Shown here piece after piece: positions 22,098-24,073 of a DNA stretch of 24,073 nucleotides. The stretch lies in IMG/VR virus record IMGVR_UViG_3300050505_000080, one strand, 5' to 3'. The translations under genes and the position numbers were made by a program. Position 1 is the first letter of the stretch. Every line of letters starts with the position of its first letter. Source of the stretch: a virus. Below the pieces are notes generated by a model, which did no database searches, was not told the DNA's origin, and worked only from the letters and a program-made list of their open reading frames with translations.

Positions 22098-22285
22098 GGC
22101 CACCATTTGCCTCCTAACGCCCTCGGAGCACTCGACGCGGCCTATGACTCACGGAAAACGGGTATGCCTTAGAGCACGTCGAGAGCGCGCGCATGGTGCC
22201 TCGATGAGCGGGGCCGTACTCGGGCGGGTGCGGCCCCCGGTTAACTCGGTGGCCGGGTCAACCGACTGCACGAGCATCACCCCCC

Positions 22286-24037
22286 TCAGTGAATCGCGGG
22301 AACTTTCGCCGGTCGGTGCGCCGCCCGCACCGCCCACGCGAGCGCTCGCACGAGGTGCGTCGGCCCCGACGCGATCAAGTAAAGCCCGGTCAACGACTCG
22401 CGCACTTGGGCTTGCGTGAGCGCGGCGTCGAGCTCGGCCGTGGTCGCGTCGTGCACGAGCACCCCGTTTGCGACGAGGTCGCGCAAGAGGGCGAGCCCGT
22501 GCCGCACGCCCGAGGCGACCGCCGGGCGAGGCTCGGGCAAGCCCTCGGTCGGCATCCGGTCAACGAGCGACGCGCCAACGTGAAGCTCGGCAAGCTCGCG
22601 GCGAAGAGCCAACACGCGCACGTCGGCAATGGCCGAATCCCACTCATCCCGAAGCCACCCGTCCACCTCAATGCGCCCGTCGTCCAACACCGCCGCGCAC
22701 GCGACCGCCGCACCAAGCCCGAAGTCGTCTTCGATCGCGACATACACCGGCCCGTCGCTTTCAACACCGCGCTCGGCGAGCCCGGCCCACTGACCGGGTT
22801 GGAAAAGGTCTTGCACGGCCCCGGCCGGAATCGTCCGCTCACGCGGCCATTGATTGAGCCACTGCGCCCGAAACGACTCTTCCGGGTTGGGCTCTTCGGG
22901 GTCAACCGACTCACCCGCCCGAATCGCCGCGAGCCGGGCCGAAAGCAACTGCTCGCGTTGCGGCGACCAAAACGGCGACGCTTGCCGCCACGCGTGCCGG
23001 TCTTCGAGCGACGCATCGCGCGGGGCCGACCACTCAACGAGCAAGTCGCCCGCCCCCGTTTCGAGTTGTTCGAGCGCGACTTGCCGCCGGTTCAGCATGA
23101 GCGACGTGGCGAGCCGGTGCGCCGTCGAGACAAGCAAGAGTTGCGGTTGCACCCGCTCGACCATGGTCGGGGTGAGCCCTTCCTCAATCGAGGTGGCGCG
23201 CACCTTCCACCCCTCATCGGCGGCACCGACCGAAGCCGGGTAGCCGTACACCGCTTCCTTCGCCCGGATGAGCCAGCGCGACCCGTCGGCGAGCCGTTCG
23301 ATTTCCTCTTGCCCGTTCACCTCGCGCACCTTGTAATCGTCCGGCCGCGCCTTCGCCCACATACGCGCCGGGCGTTGCACGTCTTTGCAAATCGCCAAAT
23401 CCTTGCCCGTGTGCAACACGTCTTGCGGCTCGCCGAAGCGCTCGCCCTGGTGGACGCGCCACAAGAGCAATTCGCGAAGGAGCCACGACTTGCCCAACTG
23501 CCGGGCCATTGACAAAACGAGGCACGTCCAGACAAGCTCGCCCGCGCCGTTGTGCTCCAAGAGTCGCGCCGCCACGAGCCGTTGCCACCACCGAAGCGAC
23601 CGCCCCGAGCGCTCTTCGGCCCACGCAACGAACTCGTCGCCGAGCGAGCCGACCGCGTCGGGATGCGGCACCGTCATAAGCCGGGGCCACGTCGCATTGC
23701 GGGGGACGGCTAGCAGCGGTTCGAGCCAAGGCACGCGCCAACGCTCATCGTCGGCGGTGAGCCCGTCACGCTCGGCCGAAAGCTCGACCTTGGGCGGGGC
23801 CCACGGCCGACGGCCCGAGGTCGCCCGGTTGCAGCGGCGATGCTCGGGCCCTTGGTAGCGGCTCGGGTCGCCGTCCACGTGGCCCAAATCCCACGGCTCA
23901 TCGGGCTCGATTACCTCACCGCACCGGACGCACCGCACGCCCCCGGCGAGCACGATCTTGTGCCACTCGGCCCGATTCTTCGCGTGCCGCCAACCGTAGT
24001 CCGGTAGCGGGGCCTTTGGGCTCGCCTGCGCTGACAA
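22286..24037 (-). CDS. terL: Large terminase subunit with N-terminal HNH endonuclease domain, 583 aa
   Basis: The HNH signature VRCVRCGEVIEPDEPWDLGHVDGDPSRYQGPEHRRCNRATSG falls within aa 15-75. The terminase part has RWWQRLVAARLL, Walker A-like SMARQLGKS and Walker B-like VGAADEGW. TTG start at 24035-24037 has GAGG 7 nt upstream, and an in-frame TAG lies two codons upstream. Confidence 0.9.
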   Translation of the reverse strand: MSAQASPKAPLPDYGWRHAKNRAEWHKIVLAGGVRCVRCGEVIEPDEPWDLGHVDGDPSRYQGPEHRRCNRATSGRRPWAPPKVELSAERDGLTADDERWRVPWLEPLLAVPRNATWPRLMTVPHPDAVGSLGDEFVAWAEERSGRSLRWWQRLVAARLLEHNGAGELVWTCLVLSMARQLGKSWLLRELLLWRVHQGERFGEPQDVLHTGKDLAICKDVQRPARMWAKARPDDYKVREVNGQEEIERLADGSRWLIRAKEAVYGYPASVGAADEGWKVRATSIEEGLTPTMVERVQPQLLLVSTAHRLATSLMLNRRQVALEQLETGAGDLLVEWSAPRDASLEDRHAWRQASPFWSPQREQLLSARLAAIRAGESVDPEEPNPEESFRAQWLNQWPRERTIPAGAVQDLFQPGQWAGLAERGVESDGPVYVAIEDDFGLGAAVACAAVLDDGRIEVDGWLRDEWDSAIADVRVLALRRELAELHVGASLVDRMPTEGLPEPRPAVASGVRHGLALLRDLVANGVLVHDATTAELDAALTQAQVRESLTGLYLIASGPTHLVRALAWAVRAAHRPAKVPAIH

Positions 24038-24049
24038 CGGCTAGCCTCG

Positions 24050-24073
24050 GCCGGGGGGGTGAAAAACCGTCGG
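24050..24073. repeat. Terminal direct repeat, copy 2
   Basis: Identical to nt 1-24. It begins 12 nt upstream (minus-strand sense) of the terminase start. Confidence 0.95.

Larger units (their letters stand above)
1..24049. mobile_element. Complete temperate tailed-phage genome unit (siphovirus-type, serine-integrase lysogeny module)
   Basis: A full packaging/head/tail/lysis/immunity/integration/early gene set with no flanking host genes. The exact 24-nt repeat at both window ends closes the unit at 24,049 nt. Confidence 0.8.

Noticed and set aside
22149-22337. 62-aa ORF (or its 43-aa ATG version from 22277) in the terminase-portal gap
   Set aside because: It overlaps the terminase 3' end. 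GC3 decays in its second half and it has no motif. It is kept only as a remark under the gap finding.
22289-23512. 407-aa plus-strand ORF, and similar long plus-strand ORFs (1278..2180, 2205..3068, 8139..8768, 12676..13551, 20387..20971, 21214..22047)
   Set aside because: All are antisense to minus-strand genes with recognisable families (terminase, ERF, amidase, tail, protease, portal). Their composition is Arg/Pro/Gly-rich, as expected for shadow frames in GC-rich DNA.
1-24073. The 24-nt end repeats as attL/attR of an integrated prophage
   Set aside because: The integrase is a serine recombinase, whose att sites share only a very short core rather than a 24-nt duplication. No host sequence lies outside the repeats. 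The repeat sits by the terminase, not by int.

Overview
This window looks like one complete genome of a small, GC-rich, temperate siphovirus-type phage (actinobacterial style), not a chromosomal region. Nt 1-24 recur exactly at 24050-24073, so the unique unit is 24,049 nt (circular assembly overlap or a short terminal redundancy). Every convincing gene except one lies on the minus strand, and most are joined by overlapping stop/start codons. Reading the minus strand from the right end: an HNH-fused large terminase (22286-24037), portal, S78-type prohead protease, three micro-ORFs, an HK97-fold major capsid protein, head-tail joining genes and the major tail protein. Next comes a tail assembly chaperone with a -1 slippery site (C CCC CCG) whose shifted frame ends exactly on the tape-measure start. 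Then follow the tape measure, four minor tail/fibre genes (one with about 25 collagen Gly-X-Y triplets), an ambiguous 300-nt stretch, an amidase endolysin, a holin-like protein and a terminator. Next is an immunity region with palindromic operators and a small XRE/Cro-like regulator, then a large serine integrase (6295-7698, the only clear plus-strand gene). The integrase has a bidirectional terminator downstream and a 400-nt structured upstream region containing a candidate attP, a candidate promoter and alternating 7-mer hairpins. Finally there is an early operon (5893 down to 187): small acidic proteins, a Zn-ribbon protein, a membrane-anchored Rpf-like transglycosylase, a VRR-NUC nuclease, a compact DPPY methyltransferase, a replisome-organizer-like protein, an ERF recombinase and winged-helix proteins. 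I saw no rRNA, tRNA, CRISPR array or transposase. All function calls rest on motifs recognised by eye; no searches were run. The items most worth a second look are: the HNH-TerL fusion with no recognisable small terminase; the ambiguous 9177-9481 stretch (antisense membrane ORF versus acidic His-rich plus Trp/Arg-rich peptides); the three coupled micro-ORFs between protease and capsid; the structured candidate ori inside 2552-3121; and the integrase leader and immunity operators.
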